DNA of 64,000 bases from Octopus bimaculoides (GCF_001194135.2 NC_068990.1:90494511-90558510), one strand, 5' to 3'. Shown: positions 23,787-37,655, counted from the stretch's first letter. The notes: generated from the letters alone by a model not told the origin. Translations and numbers: made by a program.

Positions 23787-25800
23787 CGAGAGATAGAGAG
23801 TGTTTGTGTGAAGAAACGTGGTATGGTCGAATCTAAAGACTGTTTTTGTTTTCTGGGACGAATGTAATGAAATTTTTATGAAATTGATAACGAAAGGTTA
23901 TATTCATGTTCGAGTGCAACGGAACGTGTTACAAAGGATATACGTCGTTACCATTACTGTTGATTGCATAACGAATTAATGTCAGGGTGACAGGCCTTAA
24001 CATGATCCAGGAAATTTTTTTATACTGGCTTCGAAACAAATATTCACGTCTCTCTCCAAAGGATCATGTCCTATCTAACACTGAGAAAGCGCCACTATGC
24101 CGAAACGCTGGTGTCTGACGGTTTACTGACGTAAAGCGTTCTCAGACGTGTTTACCCTAAAGTTTGCCGGAACATAAAATATACATATGCATCGTCGATT
24201 TGTTTCTTGCTGTTTTGCTCTTAATCTTTCAATACTGCTAATATTAATAAAAACCAAATCTTGCAGCAGCACACACAGTTATATTCATATAGATAACGCT
24301 TGGGTTTCCGCTGGAACTTTAGTCACATTATTTTATATTGTGCACATCTCTTGCACAACAAATTCAATAATTTCAAACACATTCTTTATTGAGATGATAC
24401 ATCTATCATTACACTTAATTTGTATATGTCTAATGATTAGGCAAAGTCGGGAAAAGGCCTTTAAAAGTACTTACAGTTTTAAACATAAACGTTATGGTTA
24501 AAATAAAATTACTCGTAATGTATTTTCTTAAATCTTAAAACAACAAATAACTATTACGAATCCAAATGAAAACATTCAGTACCAAGTGTCTCAAATCACT
24601 CCCCAATCATAATTAATGATTTAGTAAACGATACTAATACAGGGTAATATAGTACTCTTGTCGTTAGACTAGCATTCATTACAGTAACAGTTTGTTAAAT
24701 AAACGCATAAACACGGAGCACGTTTGGATTTAGTTTACACTGATAATATAAATTCCGAACATTTATAATAGGATCACTAAAACCATGTGGTTCGATAACC
24801 CCATTCAGTCTTAATGTAAATGCATATATCGTTAAATTTTCGATTTAGATATTAGATAAACAGCTTTGCAAAGAATCATAAATGTGACAAAATTTAAATA
24901 GGAATATTGTTAAATTAGGCATCTGTTGTACACAGTTTCACAACAAAAACATGCATATCAATAATAAAAATCTTAAGCAGCTTTCTATATTTGATCCCTC
25001 CCCAACTTGTAAATATCTTAATCCCGTATATTGCCCATTAAATAATTCATATCTTTCAAAATCGATAATTTACAGTGAAAAATCTTTTACAGATATAATT
25101 TTACTATCCAGGGATTATATTAAACTAATGGAATATAAACTCAAAGGCAGATTCGATCTGCATCTACATACTTTCCACTATCTAAAAGATCTTTGCTCAC
25201 TAATTCATGGAAACAGATAAGAATTTTGGAAAAATTATAGTTTTGAGCTCCATAAAATTGTCTGGAATATATATCACGACGTGTCAAGGCTAAGAAGCAT
25301 GATAACGTGTATAATGGTCACCTGTTGAACAAAAAAATTAATACATTGCTTCATAAGGTTTCCATATTAAACAAACATAGAGAGTTAATATCGTATCGAC
25401 ATCATGAATCAAAATATTTGTTTAAATATTTTGCATTATCCAACGGCTTGAAAATCTTTTATATTCGCATCAGATATTCATCCACATTCCAAAAGAATCA
25501 AATCGTTTATTCAGATAATGTGAATAAAATTTCATTGTTTTGCATCATACAACGAAATCCCACGTGAGTGAATCACATATTTCGTTAGACAGTAACACTC
25601 CAGAGAAGCAAAATAGTTTTTGTGTCGCTGTATTCTTACTCTAAGGTAATTCTTTAGCTTATACTCTGTTACCCATTTACCTGTTCCTCCGCTCCCCCTC
25701 GCTCTCTCTCCCTCTCTCGCTCTTAATATATATATATATATATATANNNNNNNNNNNNNNNNNNNNNNNNNNNNNNNNNNNNNNNNNNNNNNNNNNNNNN

Positions 25801-26090
25801 AAACTAATGCCATTTTATTTTGGATAGGTATAATTACCAATACAGGAACATGTATCATACATCAAAATGAAGCTGGTCCTCTGTGGATCACATCCCTACT
25901 TCTCAACATAGTCACCGTTTCTCTCAATAGCAATGTTCCACCTTCGAATGAGAGCATGTATCCCTGCCCCGTAAAATTATGTTGACTATTCTTTCAGCCA
26001 CTTCTTCACTACAGTTTTCACTCCCTCGTCACTGGAATAATATTTACCTCTCAAACCCTCTTTCATGGGGCCGAAGAGATAATAGGTTTT
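25801..26090 (-). mobile_element. Mariner 3' relic (transposase C-terminus and subterminal sequence)
   Basis: Minus reads YYLFGPMKEGLRGKYYSSDEGVKTVVKKWLKE*ST*FYGAGIHALIRRWNIAIERNGDYVEK* (stop at 25896-25898), the region following the YSPDLAPSD motif. Confidence 0.9.
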
Positions 26091-27084
26091 TTTTTTACAC
26101 AGGATGTCACAGGATGTATGCAGTTGTACCTCTCCTTTCACACGTAAGTGTGAAATTGTGTGTGCGATGTGTGTAGATGTGTGTACGTGTGTGTGTGAGT
26201 GTGTGTGTACGTAAACGCGTATAGTCATGTTCTCAATCTATGATGCACAAATCTCCCATTCTAGACTCATTTTAACATGACACCAAAACAAGTCAGCGCT
26301 GGAACTCTATTGATTCAATATTTTATGATATCATAATCACCACACAAGACTGCTATCAACTAAATTAACTTAAATTAACTTAATTATTGTGTCTATGTTT
26401 AACACCACTTCACCAGCTACGAAACACTTAAATAAATATAAAATTATTCTAAATTTACAGGATATATTTTTCTGCAAATTATCTAGACGCGGTGTGTAAT
26501 GGCATCTCATTATGAAACTCATATTAAATTCCAACCATATTCGACATTGTTCTTTTGTAAACAAGCCAGAGGACCTCAACATCATCTCTCGGTTTATTGG
26601 AAAGAACAATTACATCCGTCTCAAATCACTTCCCATTCGCTTAAAAGATGAAAAGACACTTTAATATCTCTAATCCTATATAACACTAAACAAAGTGATG
26701 GGGTTGTCACGGGTGGAATATATATAATCAAGCCTTATTCGATCGAGGACGCCGTGTGGCTAAGCTGTAAGAAGAGTAATATTGTCTTTTATTGAAGTAA
26801 GAATCAATGTGTTATATATTGGAGCCATTTTAAAATACCTAAACGCCATTATATTTCGTCAAACTTTCATAGTTTCCAAAGTTTAACTTTGACCATTCAT
26901 TTACACATTTCGTTCTGGTGTGAGTAATAAGCTGTTTCGGAAGACTGAGATTTTTCCATGCATATCAAGAAGACTGGCGGTTGCCCCCCCCTCTCTCTAT
27001 CATTATTTATTCAGAGTCTTAATAATAAGAATATTCTATTTTCTTCAATAGACGCACAGCCTGAAATGTTGAGAGCGTGCGCTC

Positions 27085-27200
27085 GTCTAATTCAGAGACA
27101 CAGTACTCAGCTGGTACTTATTCTATCGACCCCGAAAGGATGAAAAACAAATCGACCTCAGCGAAATTCGAAAAAATGCTACTAAACATTCTTCCAACAT
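27085..27200 (-). mobile_element. SINE family B fragment
   Basis: CTGGTACTTATTCTATCGACCCCGAAAGGATGAAA...TCGACCTCAGCG is the reverse complement of the core. A second fragment lies at about 27525-27600. Confidence 0.8.
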
Positions 27201-28860
27201 GGTAACGATTCTGCTGGCTCGGCACCCATTTATTGCTTCTAATATAAGCATTAGACTATCAATTTTGAGGGGAAGGAATTTATCAATACCATCAATCTTC
27301 GTGGTTCACTGGGACTTCAGTTTATCAAACCTGGAAGCGTGAAATGCCTAGTTGTCTTCGTATGGATTTCGATTCTGAACGCAGTCAGTCGGAAGAAATA
27401 TCGCCATGCATTTTTACCAGCATTCTTACGATTCTGCCAGCTCAATAATGACAATTCTTCGTATTGATACAAAGCCAGACATTTTAGAATAAGTCTATAA
27501 ACCTTCATATTAGCAACATATTTTATCGATCACCGAAGCATGAAAAAATCGAAGTCGACCTCGTTAAGTTTTGAACTTAGAATGAAGGCGACGTAAGTGA
27601 AACCAAAAAGGCATTTTTGTATAATATTCCGCCTATTCGGCTGACCCTCTCTGCCCTAAGCAGTAATATAAATGCTGATTGAGTGATGGGGGTATACACA
27701 CAAACAAGGTTGTTTTAATAGCTTAAGGACTGTATGGTTTTCCGCCAATGGCCGAAGCTGTGGCTTAACAGGAGCCACCTAAGTTCAGTACTTTCTTCAA
27801 AGATCGATATTTGCATAATATTCTGGTTTCAATTCCTCGCTTCCATATCATGTAGTTCTTCCTTTTTATTATCTTTTCATATTTTTTTATACTACTTTTC
27901 TTTGTTTTACCAATGATTTGCAATAACGGAACAATAGATCTATCGATCTTTAATTCCATTTCTATTAGATGCTTACACAGAAGCTGTCAAAGATTCTACA
28001 AAATATCTGAAGTTATTGTATATCATTGCGAATACATGATCACGTCACCTGGAGTTGATCGCAAAATTCATTGTTCATAAGACTGGAAGAATGAGGAGGA
28101 AGAAATACGCAGGAATTGTTCTAAGGCACAAGTAAATATATTTTGGAAAGGATAAAGAAATACCTCTTTTGGTGGAGCATTTCTTAATTCTATCGCCTCT
28201 GCCAAAACAGAATCACTCAACCGAGATGTACTAATATAATGTTTATTTTCATCAAAATGCTTCCAGCCATAGAAATTCGCCTCAGATATGGAAATATTAC
28301 ATATATTCTTTGAATAGGGATGTATATGATCTTTAAGAAGATTGTGTAGAGGTTTTTCATAAAAGAGAAGTTTAGCGGTGTGTGTAAACTGGTTTTGTTC
28401 GCTTGTTTGAAGAATGTGAGTTCTGTATTCTTGTATGAAGGTATGTATGTTTAAATGTATAGATGTATGTGTGTATGTACGTATGTATGCACGTATTAAT
28501 GTATGTATGTCAAGGTGCCTTTGGAGTACGCATTTCTTAGAAAGAAATATGACATGTCACAAATGGGCACACGCATGCACACACGTATGTCTATATGCAT
28601 ACATACATAACTGCACAAAAATAGAACTTTGTGTGTGTGTGTGTGTGTGTGTGCGTGTGTGTGTGTTGGTTTGTGTGTGTGTGTGTGTGTGTTTGTGTGT
28701 GTGTGTTGGTGTGTGTGCGTATATCTGCGTGTATAGCTGCCTTTTTCTGTACATACTCAAACATACTATACACACATACATACAAACATACATACATAGT
28801 TATACGAACACGCATATAATTTGTGAGCATGTGTGTGTAAATATGTATGTATGGATATAA

Positions 28861-28920
<60 letters not shown>

Positions 28921-30899
28921 AGACACACATATGTAAAAGTATATATTTATGTATGTATATATATGTATGTGTATTATACACATACATACGTGCAAACACA
29001 AACATGCCTATATACACACATATACGCACTCACACACACACACGCCCATGTTCATACATTCATATATGCATGCACACATGTACATACTTACGGACATACA
29101 TGTATAGATATATCAATCATAAAAAGTTATGGAAGAAACGCAAAGCGGAAGATATGAAATCTCTATGAATTACTCCTTCGAACTAAGGAATCTTTTGTGA
29201 TAGGCGCAGAATATGAAGAACGATTAGTTTCGCCTGTTTGAGAAATACTCCGACCTATCTACATTCAAACTTGCATCACATTACAATAAATTTATACTAA
29301 AATAGATAACAAAACCTAATAGCCTGTTGTGTACGCAGATCACGAAACCTTCACGTCCTGCGTGTCGATTCGTGTACTGTTTGTATATCGAATAGTTTGT
29401 AATGTAGAGAGTGAAAAAAGTATGAGACTGTATGAATGGCTGCGAGGTTGTCGGAGAGATGGCTTCCAGGCAGCAACGCCATTATTTTGTATCCAGGCAC
29501 CAACTCTGCAGCATGCTCTCTTAATAACAAATAGCGTGTGTATTTGTGGGTGTGTGGGTTATATAGGAATGCACGCCTGTATGTATGAATGTATGTGTGT
29601 GTTTATACAATATACATAAATATATATTAATAAACACGCAAACTGATACACACACACATATACATACACTCACGTAGACACACAAACACACACAGGTAAA
29701 AAAAAACATGTACACACAGAAACGGCAAGTAGGTCACTCAGAGAGGCACAGATTCTTCGATAGAAGCCGCAAAGCTAAATTTGTTTGAATCAGCATCCTT
29801 TTGTTTTTGTTATTGTTTTTTTTATTTGGCGTTCGTTTATCCCCCCACCCCCACCCCTGGGTAAAGGCTAAACAAGAAGAGGTATTATACATGACTCCAA
29901 CTGTCTTTTTGTGTATGCAAGCTTGATTTCTCTGATCTGTCCTCTCATAATTTTGATAGATAATACGGCTTTGTGATCTATCTCGGGTGGGTCTTTATGC
30001 CAATAATAAACACACGCATTGATTCTAGCTCACTTCTATATATTTATATGTAAATTGTCAAGCATTTAATCACATTAACAAATTAACTCTATGATTAATC
30101 GCTCGGTCAATCAATCAATCAATCAATCAATCAGTCAATCAATCAATCAGCCAGGGCATAATGATCCGACCGAGATTCAACAGAATACGCTTCCACACAT
30201 GAGTTCAGTTACATTAAGGATCTTGCAATCTCAATACAAAAACGAAATAGGGTGTTGAATTTAGGGCAATTTAGCTACCATTTCTTGCAGGTTGTCTCTT
30301 TCCGTTAACAAAATATTAAGTTAGTATAGGTAACAGTGTTACGTTAAGACGCTTAAATTCTAAACGTGTTAAATAATCACTACTTTGAGGAGAATCGAAG
30401 AAGCGACAAAAATCAAACAAACAAGTTAAATATTCAATAAGTATAAGATTTATTGATTTATCGATTGGTATTGTAAAACAGCAAATTTGCGCCCTTTCAT
30501 TGCTTTGCGATGGAAACGCTGTGAACATATGGCTATTGGAAATATTAGAGATTAAAATTGCCACAGTCAAACGCTATAGTATATCTTCGCTTTGAAAGCA
30601 ATTTTCTCAATAACCGCCGTTTCGTGATAAGAAAGAATTCTTTGAGTGAGTATATAGTTGCGCGCGCGTGTGTGTGTATATGTGTATGTGTGTGAGTGCG
30701 TGTGCGTATTTGTATGTCTGTGTATATATACGTATAGATATTGTAATAAAACTTATTAGTGTATGTTAGACATGGTGTTAACATTCTGATATAGAAATCG
30801 GGTATTTGAGATGTATAGAAAATATGAGTATTGTTTGTTTTTTTTTACACATTATAAACAAATGCACATACGTACATACATGCAAGCAAAACTAAGCCA

Positions 30900-31970
30900 T
30901 ACAAAGGTTCTAAAAATTTCAATACAAAACAGTTTTATTTAGAGGCGTAGGTAGTTCAAATTGTAAATGTTGCTTCCTTTTTACAAATCGTCTATTCGTT
31001 ATAATCTCCATCACAAGAAATATATTTATGCCATCGTTAAATCCAATCCTCAAATCTTCTTTGAAAGACTTTAGTTGTGCACTGTTTTGTCTACTTCCTC
31101 TCAACCAATTCCAACGCATCTGCGTCACCAGATCGTTCTCCAAAAATATTGTCCTTCGTGAGACCGAGCAGAGGTGAGTGTCGGTGGTGCGGTGGGACGA
31201 GATCGGGACCACGCGGTGGATTGGGGGACCTGTGCCCAACCCAATATACCGGTTGCCTGGCTTGTTGCCAACGTAATATGTCTTCGTACTTTGTCATGAT
31301 GCGTATCATTTACGAACTCTTCTTCGGTCACTTCCGCCTAATGATAGTCTTTGTGATGTCTCAATGAAGCGCTCGCTCGTCACGGTACAGATACTTTCAA
31401 GAAAATCAAAGCGAATGATGCCTTTGTCATCCAAACATTGTCACCATCACTTCCTGTATCGATCGCTGGAACTTGCAAAACTTCTAAAGTCCTGGATAAG
31501 AGATTTGCAGCCATTCCTTGAATTATGTCTTCCTTTTCAGGTCTTAAAGAGACACCAAAGTTTCATCAGACAAAGAAAAAGTGTCTTCATTGACTTTAAA
31601 AGCTTCCAGTAAATCAATTGAATTGTTCAGCAAGCTTACGGATTGCGAATCGTTTGTCAGCACGAATGATTTCGTCCACTTGCCGGCGATTCGTCAGTAG
31701 TCGTAGTTGATGGTTTTCACTATTGCTGATTTTCGTCCAACTCCGCACCTTGCTTTGTCAACAAAAGCACGCTGTGTCCTTTTGCGAATGTTCACGACTT
31801 CCACAGCCCTTTCGACAAAGACTGAATGACAACACGTCACTTCATGCAATGAGAAAGTAGGGTTAGTGTTATGGAGGTGTCACTCAACCAGCTTGATCAC
31901 TCTGAATAGCATGCGCCCATAGATGAGAATTGATGCCCATCTTTGCATTATATTTTGGACAAATCACGTA
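30900..31970 (-). mobile_element. Near-complete but internally deleted, degenerate mariner element with both termini
   Basis: Degenerate TIRs TACAAAGGTTCTAAAAATTTCAATACAAA (30900) and, on the minus strand from 31970, TACGTGATTTGTCCAAAATATAATGCAAA. Internal minus reads include NRRQVDEIIRADKRFAIRKLAEQ, GKVMVT-type WMTKASFALIF, LGWAQVPQ..PRGPDLVP (HPPYSPDLAP) and CDGDY. Length is about 1.07 kb against about 1.3 kb typical. Confidence 0.8.
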
Positions 31971-32996
31971 CGTTTGAAATTCATTATGCAGATTTTTCTA
32001 TCGTAAATTTTTTGCTTCTTATCGTCGATATGAGTCAGCTATAATACTTATTAAACCTGATAGCCTAATACTAGTTGAGTCTCTGCTTTTGACATTCTCT
32101 TGCATAGAGCTGGTTTGAACGCGCAATCTTCAATTATGATATTAAATTCTACGCGAAAAATAAAAGTTCTGATTACTACACATTCGAAATTTTTTTTCCA
32201 TTTGCAGGATGAATAATCATCTCTATCTTCGAAAACGCAAATTAGTCTTCAGAATCTATACGCAATTTGTATATGCGAAATAACATAAAAGCCAAATTTC
32301 TACAATGTATATCTTTTCTTCCACCATTCTGCTTCGACTAATTTGAAAGAATAAAGAATGTATGGACATTCATAGCGGAAAATTGTTTTATAGACAACAA
32401 ATGAACGAAAGAAGAATGAAAACGTAGCATTGCAGAATAAGGCAACACGTTAAATAGTTTTTGATTACCGCAGCGGGCGCATCTTAGAAATTTAATATAT
32501 TCATTCTTAGGTTATGTATTCATGTGCGTGTATGTACATACATATATATACACATATATATAAAGGTGTATATTATATATATATATATATATATTTGTGT
32601 TCTAAGTTATTTATCTGAAATTGCGTCATCGTGCGTTGACATTATCAGGTAGATTGTGGTTTATGTATTACTGGTAATTACATCAGGCAAAAGGTGTCAC
32701 CAGTAAATCGGTAGAATCTGCCATTCTTCTCTTCATTGCTTCATTTCGATAATAAACTTATCTCCCAGTATCATAAATTTAGCTATAATTGATAAAGAAC
32801 TAAAACTCCCATTACTATTACTAATAATAATGAAAATAATAATGGTTTTTTTTTTAACCCTGTTTTTCACAGTGGGAAAACAAGCAGAAAAACACGCAGA
32901 AAGGTTACACACACCAAATAAATAGCTAAATCAATGCATATATCTACACACATAAATCAGTATATACACACACAAGCACACACATACACACATATA

Positions 32997-33043
<47 letters not shown>

Positions 33044-33074
33044 TACAAATATATATATACATGTATATCTATAT

Positions 33075-33152
<78 letters not shown>

Positions 33153-33605
33153 ATATGTGATTGAATGAAAGGGGGACTGTAGTGTAAATATGCCAAATGA
33201 ATCTTGTATGTTTTGTTCTATAGAAAAGCAATCATTACGTAAGGTTGAGTATGAAATTGGCTGTATATTGTGAAAGGTGTTTTAGCCCATAGAATATTAT
33301 GAGCCATAAAATATATACTGGACATTATGCTGAAAAAGAAAACAGGTTTCTGTGTATACAATATAAATATGCATATATGTGTGTATGTGCGCCTGAGTGT
33401 GTGTATGTGTGTGTATGATATATATTTGTTTTTTATATATTTATTTGTATATATGAATATATATGTATGTATGAATGTATATTTAAAACTTGTTATTTTT
33501 TTATATAACACATTTATTAACAAGCCTATGTGGTATGTTTCTGTAAATATAGTTTATACTATGTATTATAGTACATTTTTTATATGATCTGAGTCCATGT
33601 TTATT

Positions 33606-33646
<41 letters not shown>

Positions 33647-33779
33647 CTCTCTCTCTCTCTATCTTTCTCTCTCTCTCTCTCTCCATCTCTCCATCTCTCT
33701 AAGCCCCTGTTTTCTCCCTCCGTCCATCTCAAAGTCTCGCTTCTCGGCTAGCTCTCTCATTTCAATCGCTCGTTCTCAG

Positions 33780-33848
<69 letters not shown>

Positions 33849-34140
33849 CGCTTTAATCATGATACCTTAACAGGTACCTGCTCGCTACATTCTAAATGTT
33901 TATGACATCAAACAAATCCATTTGAAACCAATATCTGCATATTGATATTTTTCCTTTCAACCTTATATACTATATATTTCCTAGTTTTCAAATGAAGTTT
34001 TTCCACATCGCTACTTATAGACACATACATACATGCGTACAAAAATACACACACACACTCATAAATTCATACATTCATACATACATATAAAATTATATAG
34101 ATATATATATATATCTGTGTGCGTGTGTGTTTGTGTATTC

Positions 34141-34203
34141 TTTTGTTCGTTTACTTGTTTCTGTCATCTGACTGCGGCCACGCTGGAGCACTGCCTGAAA
34201 GAG
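34141..34203 (-). mobile_element. SINE family A tail fragment
   Basis: TTTACTTGTTTCTGTCATCTGACTGCGGCCACGCTGGAGCACTGCC. Confidence 0.8.
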
Positions 34204-34286
34204 TATGTCTATGTGTATGTGTGTATGTGTATACGTATGTATGTGTGTGTATGTATGTATGTTTATGCTGTCGCGTTCTTCACTTG

Positions 34287-34329
<43 letters not shown>

Positions 34330-34859
34330 AAATAAGCAACAGGATATCCAGAGGGATTGCAGTACGATCGTTTCAAGCGACTCCATTCAATTCAACAATG
34401 CAACAATTACATCAATAGTGATTTATTCACTGTTTCTGAGATGATTGAGATATTTAAAGGTTCCGACAATAATAGCCACAAGGACGGGACAATGGCAACA
34501 TTACAACTTTCGCTTTCCCAAATATGACATGAAAGAAGATGTTGGACTCCAGCTGGTTCCTGTTGGAAACGCAAATTTGGCCGTCCTGAATTACGATAAA
34601 CTCTTCCCCCACTTTTCTCCCCTCTCTCTATTTCTATCCCTGTGATTGTTTGTGTGTTTATTCCAATATTTCTGCAAATACATTTAAGAAAACATTTGAT
34701 GTACTTGTGCTTTAACCATGCAAGGGCGACCATTTGTGTGTCATCTGAAATTAATTGAAGCAATCACTGACCAATATATTGGACAATAAGTACCGATTGA
34801 GACTCATAACAATAGCAGCATAGAGAGAGACAGCAACGTCAGTACGTTCAGCGGTTGGT

Positions 34860-35860
34860 CAAATTTCCTTCCAATATTTCTGAAGAGCCTTCTCTTCTAA
34901 TATTGATTTATTCTTTACTGGAATCGTGAATTTAACCGAATTCGCATTATATTTTGTTTCATCTCTTATTTATCATCATGTGACCCATTATTCCTGATGT
35001 TATACATTCTTTAGAATACTTTTCTTCGCCGTCTTCTTTTCAATTACAACATGCATCCTTACAAAACAAGCTACTCAGTTTCGTTTCCGATTCTCTCTTT
35101 CCACTATGGGTCTTTTTCCGTTTTCGACATAACTTCAACAATTTCTTCAGTAACAGTAACAATTTTACATCATTTATATTCTCAGCTTTGGTTTTTCTTC
35201 GGCCCCTTTCTTGGTTTTTTCCTTCCGGTTACCATATAAACTTACAATTTTGTTCTGGCCCCATTTCTTGTCTCTTGTAATCTTTAAAGTAAGCACCATT
35301 TTTCTTCCGTAATATTCTTTTCCACTATAACTTATTTTTATCTTCATCACTATATATTTCTACCTCATGATTACTTAATCTTTCTCATATTTTTTTCTCT
35401 TCAATTTCCTGTCTAACCATATTCTTCATCTTATACTATTCTCACGACTTTTGACTTCTCCAACTGGCTCAACCATTGTTTTTTTCACTCTGATATTTTT
35501 TTCTAGCTTAGAGGTCTTTCTTCTGTAACTGGTAACATCTTATTTTTCCTTTTATCTATGTATTAATTTTCTGTATCGCATTTCACCAGACTAGCAGATA
35601 TCATGACAATTCTGCTGTCACTTTGACCATCTTTGTAACAGTAGTGCAGTAATAACCGCACTTATCTTGATGTGCCAAGAGACATTCACCTGAAGATCTA
35701 ATTTCATTAACGCACTTCTACAATAAACTTTTATTTAAAATTACAGATAAAAAGACAGTAGTGTTGTTATCGAGAGACTATGCTAACCAAGTCTAAAAAG
35801 GACTCCTCCCCTTAAGGCATAGTTAACGTTAGAGGACGTCAACCCAGTACTGTCTCAGGT
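34860..35860 (-). mobile_element. R4/Dong-like LINE 5' portion (leader + N-terminal domain), 3'-truncated
   Basis: Minus reads RIVMI...KNKMLPVTEERPL, WLSQLEK and QKYWKEI, resembling the N-terminal domain (MFxVTEQRL, WLSxLE, FWxxIW) of these elements. The 5' end abuts a (TAA)/(CAA)n array. Confidence 0.55.
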
Positions 35861-35861
35861 T

Positions 35862-35900
35862 ATTATTGTTGTTGTTGTAATAATAATAATAATAATAATA

Positions 35901-35957
<57 letters not shown>

Positions 35958-36002
35958 GTTGTTGTTGTTGTTATTATTATTGGTAGTATTATTAGCATTA
36001 TT
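35862..36002. repeat. (TTG)n/(TAA)n/(TTA)n compound microsatellite
   Basis: Directly visible. A (TAA)n run switches to (TTA)n, making it self-complementary. Confidence 0.97.
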
Positions 36003-36216
36003 AAGGTGGCGAGCTGGCAGAATCGTTAGCACGCTGGACGAAATGCTTGATGGTAATTTTGCCCGTTGCTATGTTCTGAGTTCAAATTCCGCCGAGGTCG
36101 ACTTTGGCCTTCATCCTCTTTGGATCGATAAAATAAGTCCCAGTTGAACCCTAGGGTCGATGTAATCGACTCATCCTCACCCTCCCCAAGCTGCCCTTGT
36201 GGCAAAATTTGAAACT
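36003..36216 (+). mobile_element. SINE family B, full-length, embedded in (TTA)n
   Basis: AAGGTGGCGAGCTGGCAGAATCGTTAGC...core...CCCCAAGCTGCCCTTGTGGCAAAATTTGAAAC, with TTA repeats on both sides. Confidence 0.92.
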
Positions 36217-36395
36217 ATTATTATTGTTCCTATTATTATTATCATTATTATTGTTCCTATTATTATTATTATTGTTCCTATTATTATTATCATTATTATT
36301 GTTCCTATTATTATTATTATTATTATTATTGTTCCTATTATTATTATCATTATTATTGTTCCTATTATTATTATTATTATTATTATTATTGTTCC

Positions 36396-36432
<37 letters not shown>

Positions 36433-36486
36433 GTTCCTATTATTATTATTATTATTATTATTATTGTTGTTCCTATTATTATTATA
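36217..36486. repeat. Compound minisatellite: (TTA)n interrupted 9 times by GTTCCT
   Basis: Nine GTTCCT interruptions at 18-40 nt spacing, some units carrying an ATC variant. Confidence 0.95.
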
Positions 36487-36584
36487 ACTGCTATCACTGC
36501 TATTAGTATAAATAATAATGCATTCAATTTACAGAAAGAAACAATCGTTCGTCAAAATAAGGTAAATGCTGGAATCGATATATA

Positions 36585-36770
36585 TTTCTTTATTGCCCAC
36601 AGGGGGCTAAACAGAGAGGGGACAAACATGGACAGACAAAGGGATTAAGTTATTTAATCGACCATGAAAGGATGAAAGGCCAAGTCGACCTCGGCGGAAT
36701 TTGAACTCAGAACGTAAAGACAGACGAAATAGCCCGGTGTGCTAACGTTTCTACCTGCTCGATGCCTTTG
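36585..36770 (-). mobile_element. SINE family B, alternative-tail subfamily
   Basis: TTTCTTTATTGCCCACAGGGGGCTAAAC...GGGATTAAG...GATGAAAGGCCAAGTCGACCTCGGCGGAATTTGAACTCAGAACG. Confidence 0.9.
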
Positions 36771-36957
36771 TCGTGCAATGTATATTGTGTATTTGATTAA
36801 GAACCTGTAAAACTTAACTTCAACTCCTACGAAAATCATTTCAACTTAGGCTGCTGAAGCTACGAAAGTATAAATACCAGTGCATTACTTACCGATCACT
36901 CGACTGCTCTCTACTGCCAAATCTGCCCTTTTGAGATAATATAAGGATCTATCTATC

Positions 36958-36990
<33 letters not shown>

Positions 36991-37178
36991 TATTTCATCT
37001 GCAGCCTCATTTTATTATATGCATCTACATGAATTAGAATTTAGGCTTTTTCTCCCTAATCTATTCGACTGATAATCATTATTTCTCCTTCAGTAACAGA
37101 TAAATTATCTCCTCTCCAACACTCAGCCCACGCACCAGACACATGCATACACAAATAATTACCTGCACATAAATGTGA

Positions 37179-37227
<49 letters not shown>

Positions 37228-37529
37228 AATATGCATATAAGTATATATACGCTTACACAGACACAGACACGTAAGGTCATGAGTTCAATTCCTGGCGACG
37301 CGTTGTGTTCTTGAGCAAGACACTTTATTTCATGTTGCTCTTATGTAATAGCTTGCAGTTGTACAATTGATTTTATGCATACGTGTGCTTCAAACGTATT
37401 GTATGCTATAGATGTGTGCACGTATGTGTGTGAGTATATGTGCAAGTATCTGTGTGCATGCGTTTTCATGTGTGTGTGTGTAGTGAGTATGTATGATTCC
37501 TGTTATGTTAGTATGCGGTGAATTCACTA

Positions 37530-37655
37530 TGGAGGTCGACTTTGCCTTTCATCCTTTAAAGATCGATAAATTAAGTACCAGTTGCGTACTGCTGTCCATC
37601 TAATCGACTGGCCCCTCCCCAAAAATTTCAGGTCTTGTACCTAGAATAGTAAAGA
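37530..37655 (+). mobile_element. SINE family B, 3' part
   Basis: GGAGGTCGACTTTGCCTTTCATCC...AAGTACCAGTTGCGTAC...CTTGTACCTAGAATAG. Confidence 0.88.

Noticed and set aside
29445-29495. Imperfect 50-nt hairpin AATGGC...GCCATT as a possible pre-miRNA
   Set aside because: It has a large asymmetric internal loop, is too short, and matches no conserved miRNA I recognise.
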